A stretch of 62,612 nucleotides of DNA, the filler included, from Nemertoderma westbladi (Eukaryota > Animalia > Xenacoelomorpha): NCBI GenBank assembly GCA_032718475.1. It is 3 parts of 3 records of this genome, joined end to end, with 100 filler letters (N's around TTAATTAATTAA, not from the genome) between each part and the next. Parts side by side here need not be neighbours in the genome. Positions count along the whole stretch, not along the records: positions 1 to 17,617 come from JAUCBJ010006930.1; 2 more parts are not named here. The stretch is one strand, 5' to 3'. Made by a program: the position numbers and the translations under genes. This document shows positions 1 through 12,777 of this stretch, piece by piece (position 1 is the stretch's first letter; every line of letters begins with the position of its first letter). Below the pieces are notes generated by a model that saw only the letters and a program-made list of their open reading frames with translations, was not told the origin of the DNA and did not search any database.

Positions 1-9
1 ATTGAGAGA

Positions 10-57
10 ATGGTACCTGTATGCTAAGCTCGCTTACTTTCGTGTCTCGCCCCACAC
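10..57 (+). repeat. Dispersed repeat terminus motif (CTAAGCTCGC..TTCGTG(G/T)CTCGCCCCACA), possibly the end of a Helitron/HINE-like element
   Basis: The same motif recurs at about 17733-17765 (+), 29471-29496 (+, after a (CA)n tract) and twice at 33745-33850 (-). Confidence 0.55.
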
Positions 58-920
58 TGATGTTCCAATCTCTTGGTAGCGGTGAAGAAATCGCTGGTTG
101 TGATTAGTAAAAGTAATAACTATTTAAATGGTGGCAAAAAAAGGGGATTTTTTTTTGTCGAGCATTATTATTTGGCGACCGTAGCGATACAGAAAGACAG
201 CAAAAGAAAGCAAGACAGAAAATGTTAATTTTTGCTACCAGTTACGTCTTTTTATTTGTTGTTAAGTCTTCTCAATTTTATCTGGGTGAATTTCTGCATA
301 AATATGGTCCATCAAAGCTTCTTCCATAGTGAAATACTGTTATATAAAGCGAAATAGGAAAATTGGTAATGTAAGCCCTATATGATATTATAATATTCTA
401 TAATATTAAATAACTTGTGGATACCATCAACGCTATCCATTTAAATGCACTATTACTATTAATGTCATGGAAATTACTTTGAAATTTAATTCAAACATTA
501 CTTATTTTGTTGACAAAAAAAGTGTTATTTTTTTGTCAAACTTGTTAACGAATTTGACAAAAAATGTGACTTGCAACAAATAAAATTCAGTGTATGTGAA
601 TTATCAGATAGGCTCATCTCCCTTAGATCTGTAAGACTAAAACAGTGAGGGCAAACACCGTGTAAATACCCAACATCTTCCCTTATATAAATAATTAAAA
701 AAATAATTAAAATTTAAAAATGATAAAAATTAAAATGAAATTAAAAAATAAATTAATGATAATAAACAAATAATAAATTAACATAAAAAATAAATTTTTA
801 TAATTTTTTTCGTTATTATTTTAATTTAATTTAATTTTTTAATTTAATTATTTAATATTTTATTCTTAAGTTTTAGATCACTTGAAACTTATTAATTTAA
901 CTTTTGTAACTAAACAAACA

Positions 921-2330
921 ATGAGTGACACAAGTGAGAACTCCGATTATCAAAAGAAGATTGACTCGGCTTCGATGAAATATACATTAGAAAATGAAAA
1001 ACCAGAAGAAGACAAAAGAGGGACCAAGAAAAAAAAAATGGGGGGGGGACAAAGATTTACAAAGATTCCCCAAATTTGTATCAAAGCGAATCAACAGCGT
1101 TCCCTTGCACTTCTACTTCTTTTATTTTTCATTCTCAACTTATTTCTGCCAGAATTTCTTCATCGCCGCGGCCAGTGATCTGGTAAACAAGAACATAAGC
1201 TTGGTGATGTTCTTCCTAACATCTCCTCAGATACTGTTGAAGTTAATTGGCCCTTCATTCCTGCACAAGATTAAAGCTTCCACTAAGATGACAATAGCAA
1301 CCTTATTCACCGTTTCAACTGTCCTAATTGTTTACTTCTTTTTCGACATGGCGGGCCAAGAAGAGCAAGATTTTAAGTTCTTTGCAATTTCACTTGCTAT
1401 GAATCTCTCTGCCCTCTCCTTGGCGCTGAATGAGACGACCATTATGGGCTGGTCTGCCGACTGCCCGGAGACCTGCATTAACTACTGGAGCATGGGGTCG
1501 GGGGTATCCGGATTGTTTACAACTTTAATAAGCTTGGGAATCTCCTTCTTTGAACTTGGCATCAGGACCTTTATACTCGTGTTCATCTTCGTGCCCATCC
1601 TTAACTTCATATTCTTTATTGTGAGTTATAAAGGGGCAGGGGAAAGAATGAAGAGGAAAGTCAAAAGACAGCAACGGCTGTCTAAGTCAAAGACTGACGA
1701 GGGAAGTAAAGAAAGCAACGGCTGTCTAAGTCAAAGACTGACGAGGGAAGTAAAGAAAGCAACGAAGAATTCAGTTATTTGAGAAAACTAAGAATCGTCA
1801 TGATAGAAATGGGGTACTATTTCATCTCCCTGTTCGTTGTTTATGTATCCTATTCGACGATAGTTTCAGGAGTGATTAATTCATTATCAAACAAACACAA
1901 GAGCACGAACAGAGCCTTCTCCTTCCTGTGTAAAGTTGGCGTGATGATATCCAGGACGCTGCCTTCCATCGTCGAGTTTAATCATGTAGCGCTCTTCGCG
2001 GTCGGAAACGTGACAGTTCTAGCTGTCACATTGGGGGTGGTGGTGAACAGCTCTTCTCTTCTTAGGATTATGGATGTTAGCGGAAAAGAAATAGCGAATA
2101 GCAACTCTGCCCCGGGGTTCACGAAGTTTCTAATAATGTTTCTAGGCTTCTTACTCGGGCTTTCTCATGGGGGTGCGAATGGGTTTACAAACCTTTCTAT
2201 TAGAACTCACTATGATGAGAAAAAGAGAAGAATAGGACTCTCGTATCTCAGTCTTGCATGCCCAATTGGTCAAATGCTTGGGACGCTGCTCGGATTTTTG
2301 TTGGAAAATATTGTTGTAAAGACTAAGTAA
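921..2330 (+). pseudogene. Divergent battenin/CLN3-family membrane protein, split by two frameshifts
   Basis: Motifs align with the intact CLN3 at 21762: FIAAASDLV~MLSAANDIL, ALNETTIM~GLGEITYL, WSMGSGVSG~WSSGTGMAG, KVGVMISRT~QIGVFVSRS. Frame breaks occur at the A/G homopolymers (~1029-1048) and at a 44-bp tandem duplication (1671-1758). Removing the duplication fuses ORFs 994..1782 and 1779..2330 (KESNEEFSYLRKLR). Confidence 0.75.
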
Positions 2331-2944
2331 TATAAATGTTAACAGTGTACATTATGTCGAAAAAAAGTCAATGCAATACTTGAACGATTTTCCTCAGGTC
2401 GAACTTTTGGCGAGAAATGGGATTGGTTGTTAGTGTTTTGCTTTTATGTCTGTTGTTCCGCATAACATCCGATTATTGTACATGCGAGGAATCTGTCTTA
2501 ACTTTGTCATTGTCTCGATTTAGCATTTGAGGTATAAATTGGGCGTTGTTTGTAAATCTAACGTGTGTAAATATTAGATAATTTGTAATTTTTATCGAGG
2601 TCTGTACAGTAAAATGTTTAAATCGAGAAAAAGCGTTATTACTGTTGTCATACAAGGCTATCATAGAACCCCTTGGAGAAGCTTTACTACAAGATGTTCA
2701 ACATGATCGTAAAGGCCCACTAGATATTTATCGATGGTCTTTCTCCAACGTTAAGACACGGAATTTGGAGAAAGGATATAGAGCACAAGCCTTATATGAA
2801 GGTAGGTTCAAAAACGGGTGTCAAGCCGACAATCAGGGACAATTACCGCATACAATTTGTTCGCAATTTAACGTAATCATTCAGACATAGTGGGATGACA
2901 GTAAAACATACCACTTTCCGGTGATTTTTTTGTTAGTAAGTTGG

Positions 2945-3390
2945 TTGTTGGCAGATACTTTGAACACGGACCCAAATGTTAGCAGATACTTTGAACACGG
3001 ACCCAAAGGATGTCAAATACTTTGAACATGGACCAAAATGTTGGCAGATACTTTGAACACGGACCCAAAGGATGTCAAATACTTTGAATACGGACCCAAA
3101 TGTTGGCAGATACTTTTCACACGGACCCAAAGGATGTCAGATACTTTGCACACGGATCCAAAGGATGTCAGATACTTTGCACACGGACCCAAAGGATGTC
3201 AGATACTTTGTACACGGACTCAAATGTTAGCAGATACTTTGAACACGGATCCAAAGGATGTCAAATACTTTGAACACGGACCCAAATGTTGGCAGATACT
3301 TTTCACACTGACCCAAAGGATGTCAGATACTTTGCACACGGACCCAAAGGATGTCAGATACTTTGCACACGGACCCAAAGGATGTCAGAT
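2945..3390. repeat. Minisatellite, ~29-30 bp unit (CAGATACTTTGAACACGGACCCAAA(GGA)TGT), ~15 copies
   Basis: Visible tandem units; they explain ORFs 2933..3130 and 3038..3415. Confidence 0.9.
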
Positions 3391-4730
3391 TGTCAAGGCG
3401 TTTATGGGAGGTTAACCTGAGGACGCCACGGCAAGTCTTTGTGAAATTCTTATGAGTGCTATCAAGTGCCTTAGGGTACCTGAGGAACACTCACGAAAGT
3501 GTGGGCGTATATATATATATTATCCAATATATATATCTTAACGGGATGTAGAATAAATTACTGTAAGTATAAGGCCTCGGTACTTATAAACTGCTTCAAA
3601 GGGGGGCGATAGTTACGTGTAAACCGTTCCGTTATGTTGTGTTGTTGGCTAGTAAATGTACGTATGACTTACATATATCACAGGTAGGACACTACGTTGG
3701 CTCAGTGCGTGATAAGCGCACAGTTTACTCGTATTACTTGCATTGACAGTAGATGATATTTACTAGTTGGGAATAATATTGCAGTACTATGGACACACAC
3801 ACTCGCATTAAATGAACCAAATCTATTACTGTCAGGGCGCAGTATGCACTCACAGTGTGGAAATCGAGTTGGTTTGATCTCTGGTCCTGTATATTCATCA
3901 ATAAGTATAAGTAATGCAAAAATAGTAAATACAAGTAATGAGTTGTTAAATGCAAGTGATAAGGTAAAATAAGTCGAAAGCCGTATAATTAACGTGACTT
4001 GCCAGGCGATAAAATTGATGTAAAGTACCTGAATATGATCTCAGGTTAAGCCTGTAGTATCAGGGTAGGCACTGGTTATATAAAGGCACAAAACAAGGCT
4101 CAGTGAAATAGAACAGCCAATAAGACGCAAGAATGCCGGCTTTGGTAGTTACCAATGAGAGTTCAGTAATACCACAACTGCTGCTAGGCAACATATAAAC
4201 AACTTTATGGACTACTCAATACACGTGAGACACAAATGTTATATGCACTGAAATTGAATGATAATCTGATAAAAATATAAGATTTCTGTATACAGTTAGC
4301 ATTTGCAGCAAAACCGTTCCCTAAAATCAGGTACAAGTTCATAACACAATATGTTAAATGACACAATGTTGAGTTTTTCTAACATTTACATCAAAAAGAG
4401 TATATACAATCTTTCAACAATCAAATTATGTTGATATTAAATACTCGCTACATACAATTAAATGCGATAAACGATCTAACAAAATTAAACGAAATTAATT
4501 AAGGGTAGGTCAACTTTCAAATAATACTAGAGTTTGATATATTTACAGATACTCTTTAGGTACGTATGTAAGTAATATGAATCATATTATCTCTTTAGGT
4601 ACTAATATACTGAGTTTCAATCTTGCTATAAGAAATACATGTTGTTCATTATTTACAAATATGATAGTTTGCGAACAGGTACAGGGATTTTATAAAGTTC
4701 GACAGGCTAACTAATAATAATCTTATATCA

Positions 4731-7700
4731 TCACTTTCGTTTGGGGTGTTTGGGAGTACTACCCATAAAGAGTCGTTTCCTCTTCTTTGCGGGCGTCGGG
4801 GGCGCAGGTAGTGCTAGGTCGTCGCTCGAAAGCGTTTCATCGGGACCTGGGTGTATATCCACCGCATCATGCGTCGGAGAACTCGGATGATCAGTGTACG
4901 TTCCAGTGGAGGTGCCGGGTAAGGACAGGAACTCAGCCTACTACGACTACTACGATCGGCATGCTGCATTGCAGCTGTATTTTTAAGAATGCTGTGCCGG
5001 CTTGTCAACAAAATTGCACCGCCACAACTCCCTATAACCCATGACATTTGCTAGATCATCCGCATCTTTAAGGCCAGTGTCCTTTAAGATGCGTCTCAAG
5101 AAAGTCATGGGCTGTCCACCATGCTTATTCATTCCATGAGGCTGCCAAAGTACAAGATTATGCACTGGCTGGTCCTCACGGCGAAAGCAATGTCCTGCAA
5201 AGCGGAGGCGATTTTGTTCTAGTGTCAAGCTTGGGGGAACCAATGAAACACCTCCAATGTTATATAGTGTCTGGTTGGAGATGTGTGCATTGTACTTGAC
5301 ACAATGAACCCGGCGTAGCATTCTTGTGAATGTGCCATCCAGAGATTTGGTGTCCTCAGCAGTTAGAGCCCAGCATGGACTCCCGTAGAGGAGTGCTGGA
5401 ACTACTGCTGCTCTAAATAATCGGAGCTTAAGTTTCCGATTAATTCTCGGTGACTTCCAAATCCTGGAAAGCCTATTCAAGGCTGCCCATGCCTTTCCCT
5501 TACGTATTCGAAGGTCCTCACCTGACTTCCGGATCCATGATCCCAGGTAACAGAAGTCGTCCACATGCTCAAGCATACCATCCTTTGAGCTTATGCTCAT
5601 CCGATCAGAGACTTGCTGAGGACTTTCAAAGTTAACTGTCAGAATTTTGGTCTTTCTGGAGTTAATATAATCAGGAACTCAGCCAGTTTCGTGGCGCCCG
5701 AGTCGACAGCCGGTCGACGGATTTCCGGTTCCAGAGGAGCGGCTAAGCGCTTCCGCACAGTGGCCTGCACTGGTCCGGAGGGGACAGTTTGGGTAGCAAT
5801 ACCAAACGGGGACTGCTGGCCGAGGAAAATTCTCAGAGGCACAGCGTGTGGAACCGGTCCTTCATGATGAACGTGTTCATGGAAGACTCGATGCTGTGGA
5901 AGCAGGTCGGGATGTCTCTCCAGGAAGTGGGGACCATAAAAAGGGGAGACTTTAACGAATTGTATTATATCGTAAGACGTTGCATGTTCCGGATGTATTT
6001 CATGAAGAAAACGTCGGACGAAACGGGTGTTGGTGCAGGAAGCTACACAGTTGAGGAGTTCGTAGCTGGGTAGCCAAGCACATCGGACGTCGGTGGCGCA
6101 AATAAAGGGGGCAACTGCGTACACTCCAAGATGAGCCTTTGCTGCGGCGTATCGGGACATAGTAATTGCGTTGAGGTCTGCACATCCTTCCCATGACCGG
6201 ATGTATCGTGTAACGCTAGTCTCGTCTTCTATTTCTATGTCATGGCCAAAGGGACAGTTTGAACTACTGTGTCCATAAATTGACAGCGCTCGCAATGTGT
6301 AGCAAAGACTGTACACGAGAAGAAAATATGATCGCTACTAACACGACAGTATGGACAATGGAGTTTAATATTACTGTCAGTGAGACGCTCACAAAGAACT
6401 CCAGGTTGGGTGGGAGTCTTGTGTGTGTGGAGACCACAGTGCGCGCAGCGGATATGTTTTCGGAACGACGCGTAACAGAAACCTCGGACGGTGAGCCGTT
6501 CAGTTCCACGATACCAGTCTATTAGAGCGGACTCGTTATCGGGCGTGGACACAACAGTAGTGGTTACTGAGGTCGCTTCCAAATTGGTCTGGGGCGTCCA
6601 CGATATCAGTCTGTACTTGGCCAACCGAGAAGCCAGGTTTGACGATGGGTCTCTCGATCACCAATGGGTGCGGGTTTGAAACGCACACGTCCCGGAATAT
6701 GGCAAAGGCACCGCTGGCTAGCCCATCCATGGCGGAACGACGTAACTTCCGTTGAGACAGTGACTTTACGCGGAACTGACTGTCGATGTAAGCGAAAGGG
6801 GTCAAGAAACGTCGAAAGCATTCGAAGTTCAAGAATTTACCAAGTTCATTGAGCTTGGCAAGTTGGGTTCCTAATAGCAACAGGTGCGCTCTCAACGTAT
6901 GGCTACATACGTCAATCTGAATCAAGCCATCCGGATAATGCTTGGTTTTCGAATATGAGGTACATGCCAATGAGGGGGGCAAGGAGACACTCATGAAACT
7001 ATATACAGCACTGGGAGCAGTGAGTGGTCCCTGAAAGTAATAGGGCGAATATGCGCCACCATAAACTTGGGAATACGTCTCGTGATCGGTCTCCTTGAAG
7101 TTCCAACCATACTCCTGGAACGTGATATGGCCGGAGGAAGTATGGTCAACTCAGTTATATGTATCATTAGCATTGCGTCGATACATAACTCGGAAAATGC
7201 CGTGAGATTGCACCCAAGGAAGGATAACTTGAGTGTCGACGAAGGGATATGGTATATCGTGGACAACAGGAAAATCATCCGTTAAGTCCCGATATATGGC
7301 TGAACCGAGTTTGTAGATGGATTCGTCCAATAGAATGTCCAACATGTGCTGCGGTAACAAAGCGGCATCTATTCCCATAGCCGTGTGTCGGTTTGTGTCA
7401 TTGACATAAGCCTCTGCTTTAACAAATTGTTGATGCCTCGCACGGCATTGATAAGTGGTCAAGGCGGGGAAAACGCTATCGGTACCACTGCAAGTACGCG
7501 TAAAAACATATGTAGCTCCAGTGAGACCGCGTATGTGTATTAATAGAGTTGAACCGAGCTCATGGTCTGGCACCGAGCCTTCGTTGTTATGTATCATAAC
7601 ACCGTAGCTGTGTATAACGTTGACTGTATGCGACCACTCAGAGTTAGCTACTTCAGTGGTCAGTTCTACTGGTTTCCATAGAGTATCTAACGAGCCGGAT

Positions 7701-9537
7701 TCTCCATGCGCTATCCTTATGGATTCATAACTGGGCATCTCATGAGCGTTTACAATGGATTCGATATATTTCAGGTCATCCTCCAGAAAGGTTACATCCA
7801 AATTCCAGTGTATCAAGCGACGGTAATCTATAAATGTCTCTAAGTTGAAGGGTGGACGTGGGCTGGCTTCTATTGTCACTATATTGTAGGGTTTTTTAAA
7901 TGAGTTTAGTTTTACCAGAGAGTCTAAATGTTGATGCAAAGCTTCTAATTCCACAAGGTCCCAAGGATTTACTAGTGGTAGAAATCGCATATCCCATCCA
8001 GGGTGCTCAGGTTGTATTACATAATGTTGTTTAAGCATCACGAATCGGGGATGGTCTTTAATCCCATAGAAGGGATAGTGCAGAGGGCGACGCGATACGT
8101 TTATTCCGTGGACCTTTTCCCGAATCACATCCGCTCGAGTGCGAGAAGGGGGAACTAATTCGCCATCCACAGGCAACGGTTCCAAGGTAGGTGTTTTTAA
8201 TATGGGAATGTCAGCAATAGCACAGGTGTTTTCCACGGGTTCGCCGAAGATATACGGCTGTTTAGCGCCGAAAACTTTGTGCTGCATGGAAGGGTGGACA
8301 TAGCGTTTAGGCTGAAACCCTTCCATCAAGGATTGAATGTAAGGTTGGCGGTAGATGGTAAGGTCAGCATCATCCAACGCTATCTCTTCTTCTTCACGCC
8401 GTTCTTTCTCCTTAGCTTCGGCTTGGAGATTAGAGAGGAAATCTGAGAAGGATTGTAAGTCTCCTTTGGCGATGCGGGCTCTTAACGTATTGATTTCCGG
8501 TTGAAACGCGGCGTTGTCCATGGCTTCCAACAGAGCGAGTTCCATTAATAAGGTACCGGATGGAGTCATAGATAAGCGCGCATGAATGCCGGCTAGACTA
8601 GATGACATTATTAACTGGGTGGTTTCATCGCGAAGGGATATGACTACGCCTGGTGTCAATCATTCGCCTGGCGTTACGGCTCTGGGCGTCCTAAATCCTC
8701 TTCCGAGTCCAGGGACCAGTGGGACCAGTGGAGCTATCACCGGTTCCTCTTGGGGAATCAGCTGTTCTGGTAGAACCGTGTCTAAATATTCGGAATAGTC
8801 CTTGTCTAAGGGGCCGAAATCCTGGGGGAGAACTGGAGATGGTTGAACTTTGGGAGCTGGAGGTCGCACCGAGAATCCCAGGACGTCGACGGGTAAACGC
8901 TCCATTCTACGTAATTTCTTCAAAGCTCGTTCATCAACACCAAATAGATTGCACTCATATCCTCCATATGTGAATCGTGTATAGCTATGCTTAGGACAAC
9001 ATTCACGGTGGTGATTGATTGGTCAGCCCCATCACACATGGTCGTTATGGTTTACCTACTGGTTGGGATGTGGACAATCGTCACAGTAATACCATAATTT
9101 AAAGTCCTGGTGACTCACGTGCGGGGATCGAGCACCGGTTTTACAATATTCTTCCATAGCGTCGAAACGGTCCGGCAACACGGGTAAAGGTCTATCCGCA
9201 GTCAAGTACATCATTGTATGATATAAGTGCTTGAGTTCCGCTATCGGATCGGGGTGAATACCTTTAGGATAATGAGTTTGGGCCGCCGTTACTTTTAAAT
9301 AGGTTTCTCGGAGGAACGCAACTAAGTCCTCAAATCTGGCCGCATTATCGCTAGTATCCACATCGTTCGCCGACATGGTGTCTCGGATGGTGTCTTCCTT
9401 ATCCATCTGAGCGGTATCCTCCCGTTGCCTCTGTACATGATAACGCCACATTTCCATATCTTGTCGCTCATGAACGTCTTCTGAATATATAAGTTCGCTC
9501 GGATGTCCAGATATGACAAACGGTTTATAAGATCCAT
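4731..9537 (-). pseudogene. Decayed extra ORF (copy A) of a BEL/Pao-like element: DEDDy exonuclease-like domain, three CCHC zinc fingers and basic tail
   Basis: ORF pieces 9056..9457, 8660..8923, 7151..8659, 6536..6994, 6235..6624 and 5639..6316 are collinear with copy B wherever B survives. After removing the LINE insertion, the frame continues LAEFL-SLPGTSTGTYTDHP...PAKKRKR...PKHPKRK to a stop at 4731-4733. LLPQHMLDILLDESIYKLGSAIYRDL..FVDTQ resembles WRN/EXD2 exonuclease motif II. Confidence 0.75.
4939..5671 (-). mobile_element. 5'-truncated RTE-clade LINE with 13-bp TSD
   Basis: Encodes post-RT C-terminal motifs (VDDFCYLGSWI, KLRLFRAAVVPALLYG, RLRFAGHCFR) and has a (GTA)n 3' tail. TSD CAGGAACTCAGCC lies at 4926-4938 and 5672-5684. 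A near-identical copy lies within 55189-57490. Confidence 0.92.
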
Positions 9538-9544
9538 CTATATT

Positions 9545-11207
9545 AGTGTCTTGGTAAGGGTACTTCTAACTGAGTCATAGGCTGGCAATACAGTTTCCTA
9601 CAGGGTAGACAGCTGCATAGAACTTTGTTTAAGGCTTTCCTGGGCTTTACAAGATAATAGCGGGTGCGTATTTCACTAAGTATATGTTCCCTCCCCGCGT
9701 GCAACAGCTGATTGTGCACGTCCTGTATTATTTTGCATTGAATGGCGGGATTGTAGATGATAATAGGGAATATCGTGTAGCGGGAAAGGGGGCGTTGGTA
9801 AGCCGGCCTCCCACTCTGATTAGGCCGTCGAACATCACACTAGAAAATTTATCGTTCGACTGTGTAGCGGGATGCTTCAGGTGTTATTCGTATGTTGGAG
9901 CCCTTTCTTGGATTTGAGATAATCAGAGTAATTGCCTATTAGTATAGTCTACTTTGTGATCCAGCAACTTGCTTTGTGTAAATTTGCGTTTGTTACAGCG
10001 GTAATACACATATCGTTTTAATATTGTAATGACACGGCAAAGCTTGTGCCAGGAACTGTAATGGGCCATGGCTTTGCTAATGAGCAGTGAAAGACCGCCA
10101 GCCAGGTCTGGGACTGAAAGGGTAATAAGGGCTTCACTGTCTGGGGGGCTTTGTTGGTTCACATTCTCACGTACATACAGTGAAGATATGTCGATATTTT
10201 TGATAGTTTTGACTTGGACGCTTTGTTCTTAGACTTAGCGATTTCCGCACCCTTCACTTATCTCTGCCTTATCTCTGCAGGCGTTAAATTTGGGGGCCAA
10301 CTATCCTCGGGGCCTTGCAAAATGGTAGTTCCCTGTAACCAACACTTAGTATCTATCAGTTCCTGAGGGGTGGCACAGCGAGATGCAATGTCAGTGGGAT
10401 TTAGCAATCCTGGACAGTGTCTCCACTGATCAACATTTGTGTCCTTTAGTATCCGTGCCACACAGTTTGTCACATATACTGGCATGCCGTGTTGGTCAGA
10501 TATTCTAAAACCAATGCAGCATCTGTCCAGTAAACTGTCCTTACTACCTTATAGTCTGTCTGCGCTAACACATTCTTAGCAATGATAGTAGCGTATACAG
10601 CTGCCTTAATTTCGGCTCGGGGAATGGTTAAGGTGTCTTTGGTCTTGGCGATTGGCCTTATCAGAGCCTTTGAGGCAACTAATGCTACTGAGACACCATC
10701 TGAGGTTTCGCATCTAAAGTAAGCTACAATCCCGACACCCTTGTCGCTCACATCACCGAATACATGGAGTTCATAAGTCTGCAGGTCAGGTAAGCACCGT
10801 TCCCATTTCCACCAGTCTTCCAGCAGTTTCCCTGTCAAGGGGTCGTCCCAACTGTCATTTCCCTTCCACATTCGCTGAACGAGGTCTCGAGCCAGTAAAA
10901 TAACTGGGCTAATAAAGCCAAGGGGGTCGAAATAAGTGCTAAGTATGCTAAGGCAAATGCGCTTAGTTCGAGTGTTACCCTTTCTTAACTTAACTTTAAA
11001 CACCATGGTGTCACTTTCAGTCAGCCAACGAAGTCCTAATGTCTTAGTCTCGGGCAGATCGTCCTTATTTAAGTCAAGCTCGGTATCACCACGCTCTGCG
11101 GGTGGTATGGCCTTCAGAAACTCACGAGAATTGCTAGTGAATTTCGTCAAGCGAAATCCTCCAAGTTTCAGGCCAAGGCCACCTATAATACAGGCCTTGC
11201 AGCCCAA
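9545..11207 (-). mobile_element. BEL/Pao LTR-retrotransposon pol remnant (RT end, RNase H, integrase HHCC finger)
   Basis: Motifs: LGLRW...TKRICLS..FDPLGFISPV, ELHVFGDVS, LTIPRAE, YWTD, WRHCPGLLNPTDIASR, YSSWHKLCRV, DGLIRVGGRL, HNQLLHAG..LSEIRTRYY..CLPC..QPMTQLEVPLP. Frameshifted; integrase core deleted. Confidence 0.9.
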
Positions 11208-12399
11208 TAATTGCCAAAATTTGCTAGGGCCGAAGTTTTACAATCTACATTTCACTTAGATGTCCCTTTGAAGCGACATATTTCGAATTATGGATGTGGA
11301 CAGAACTATTACTATTTTTCAGGGGACACCAAAAGTGTTACCAGTAGGCCTATACAAAATCAGACTGATTGATCATTCTATCATTACCGGTACGGTTAAC
11401 AGTAGGCTATTACTGTATTATGTGGGTAAGCCTACAGCTTTCAGACGTTTCAGTGGTTACCACTTACTCTGTTACTACCACTAGTGTTCGCGCTTTCAGA
11501 CCTTTGGCAGTTTAACCCGCCAAATTAAGATGTCTTCTAGATATTAAATCGCTTTTTAGCCTATGACAAGTATTTGATTCACTACACTAGTCGAAACCAA
11601 TCTGTGCGCGATCATTCACCCGCTGGATATTCCCGGGAGATTGGGTTCGACGGTTTAATTTTATTGCTATGTAAGCCTAATGTATTATTCGACTGACAGT
11701 ATTATATAATCTCTGACAATATTATTCACCTTCGGGAATATTAACAGTTCCTTTAGGACGTGGCGCTTTATTTATATAAACAGAGTTATGACTTAAACTA
11801 CTCACAACGATATGGCTTAATTATAATTCACATATATGGCGCATTCTTTAGGAAATGCTTCTTTAACAGACTCACTCGTACACAATGCTGCACAATACTG
11901 CACACTAATCTGCCAATCTTCACTGATTTTAGTCACATATAAAAGGAACACAGACTGACTCATGTAGGGTCTATCAAATAACATTAGATTCACTTCAAAC
12001 CACTTTAACATAAGTCACAATCGTTATTGGTAACCTTTCTCTCTTACCTTCGGTATATCAAGAATATTGGGTGTCGGGGTTATTTCTCGTTATTCCAATA
12101 TAATAATTCATCAACAAATATAATGAATAACCGACAACAAATAGCAATATACAGTATTGATTGAGCAGGTAATTTTAGCAGTTTCAGCAGTTATTAAAAG
12201 CCGTGTGTCAGCAGTGATTACGAAATTGCAGTGATTCCATGAGTTAAAGGATATATGTCCTTATAATTAAACCTACTAGTGTTGAGCTAAAAAGCAGAAA
12301 GCACAAAACACTACAAAGCCGTTCTTTCGTGGCTTTGAAAAACTCGTGACTACTGCTCTATACGAGGATACCAACTACCCTTATTCCACGAAGCTCCCG

Positions 12400-12708
12400 T
12401 TCAACACAGAGAAAGAGCAGTGAGATAGGAAAATTTCAGTTCAATAGCTCTGTGATAGGTCAAAATCAAGGCTAACTCAAATTCTATTGGGAGATACAAA
12501 AACAAGGCTATGACGCAACCTTTCTAGGCTGGTTGGCCGATTAAACAGAGCCCAGATACCTGCGTACAGCAAATCAGCCAATAAGCTGGTAGCTTGCACT
12601 ATTTTAACTATAGATCCCCTTTAGAGTATTCTAGCGACCGGGGGGGGGGGAACTGGCCAACAAGGCAAACGAATCAGTTATCCCACAAAAGCTTTTACAC
12701 CGCTCCCA
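12400..12708 (-). mobile_element. Putative polypurine tract (GGGAGCGG) and start of a 3' LTR (TGT at 12699) downstream of ORF copy B
   Basis: A short purine tract directly precedes TGT about 80 bp after the stop codon, and CCAAT-rich sequence follows. A similar GGGAACGG lies at ~4314-4321 downstream of copy A. The far LTR boundary was not determined. Confidence 0.35.
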
Positions 12709-12777
12709 GAAAATGGGATTTAAGTCTATAAAATATACAAAATCACAGTTTCTAAAATATAAAAATACTCTAAACAG

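Noticed and set aside
3415-3510. Tandem hammerhead ribozymes (two CTGAGGA motifs with nearby GAAA)
   Set aside because: Stem II does not close properly before GAAA, and no convincing stems I/III or cleavage triplet were found. At best a degenerate relic; an Infernal search would settle it.
7151-8662. TGA recoding (selenocysteine or alternative code) in ORF copy A and SDHAF4
   Set aside because: Both loci also carry frameshifts and insertions, and intact genes read normally in the standard code; simple decay explains the stops.
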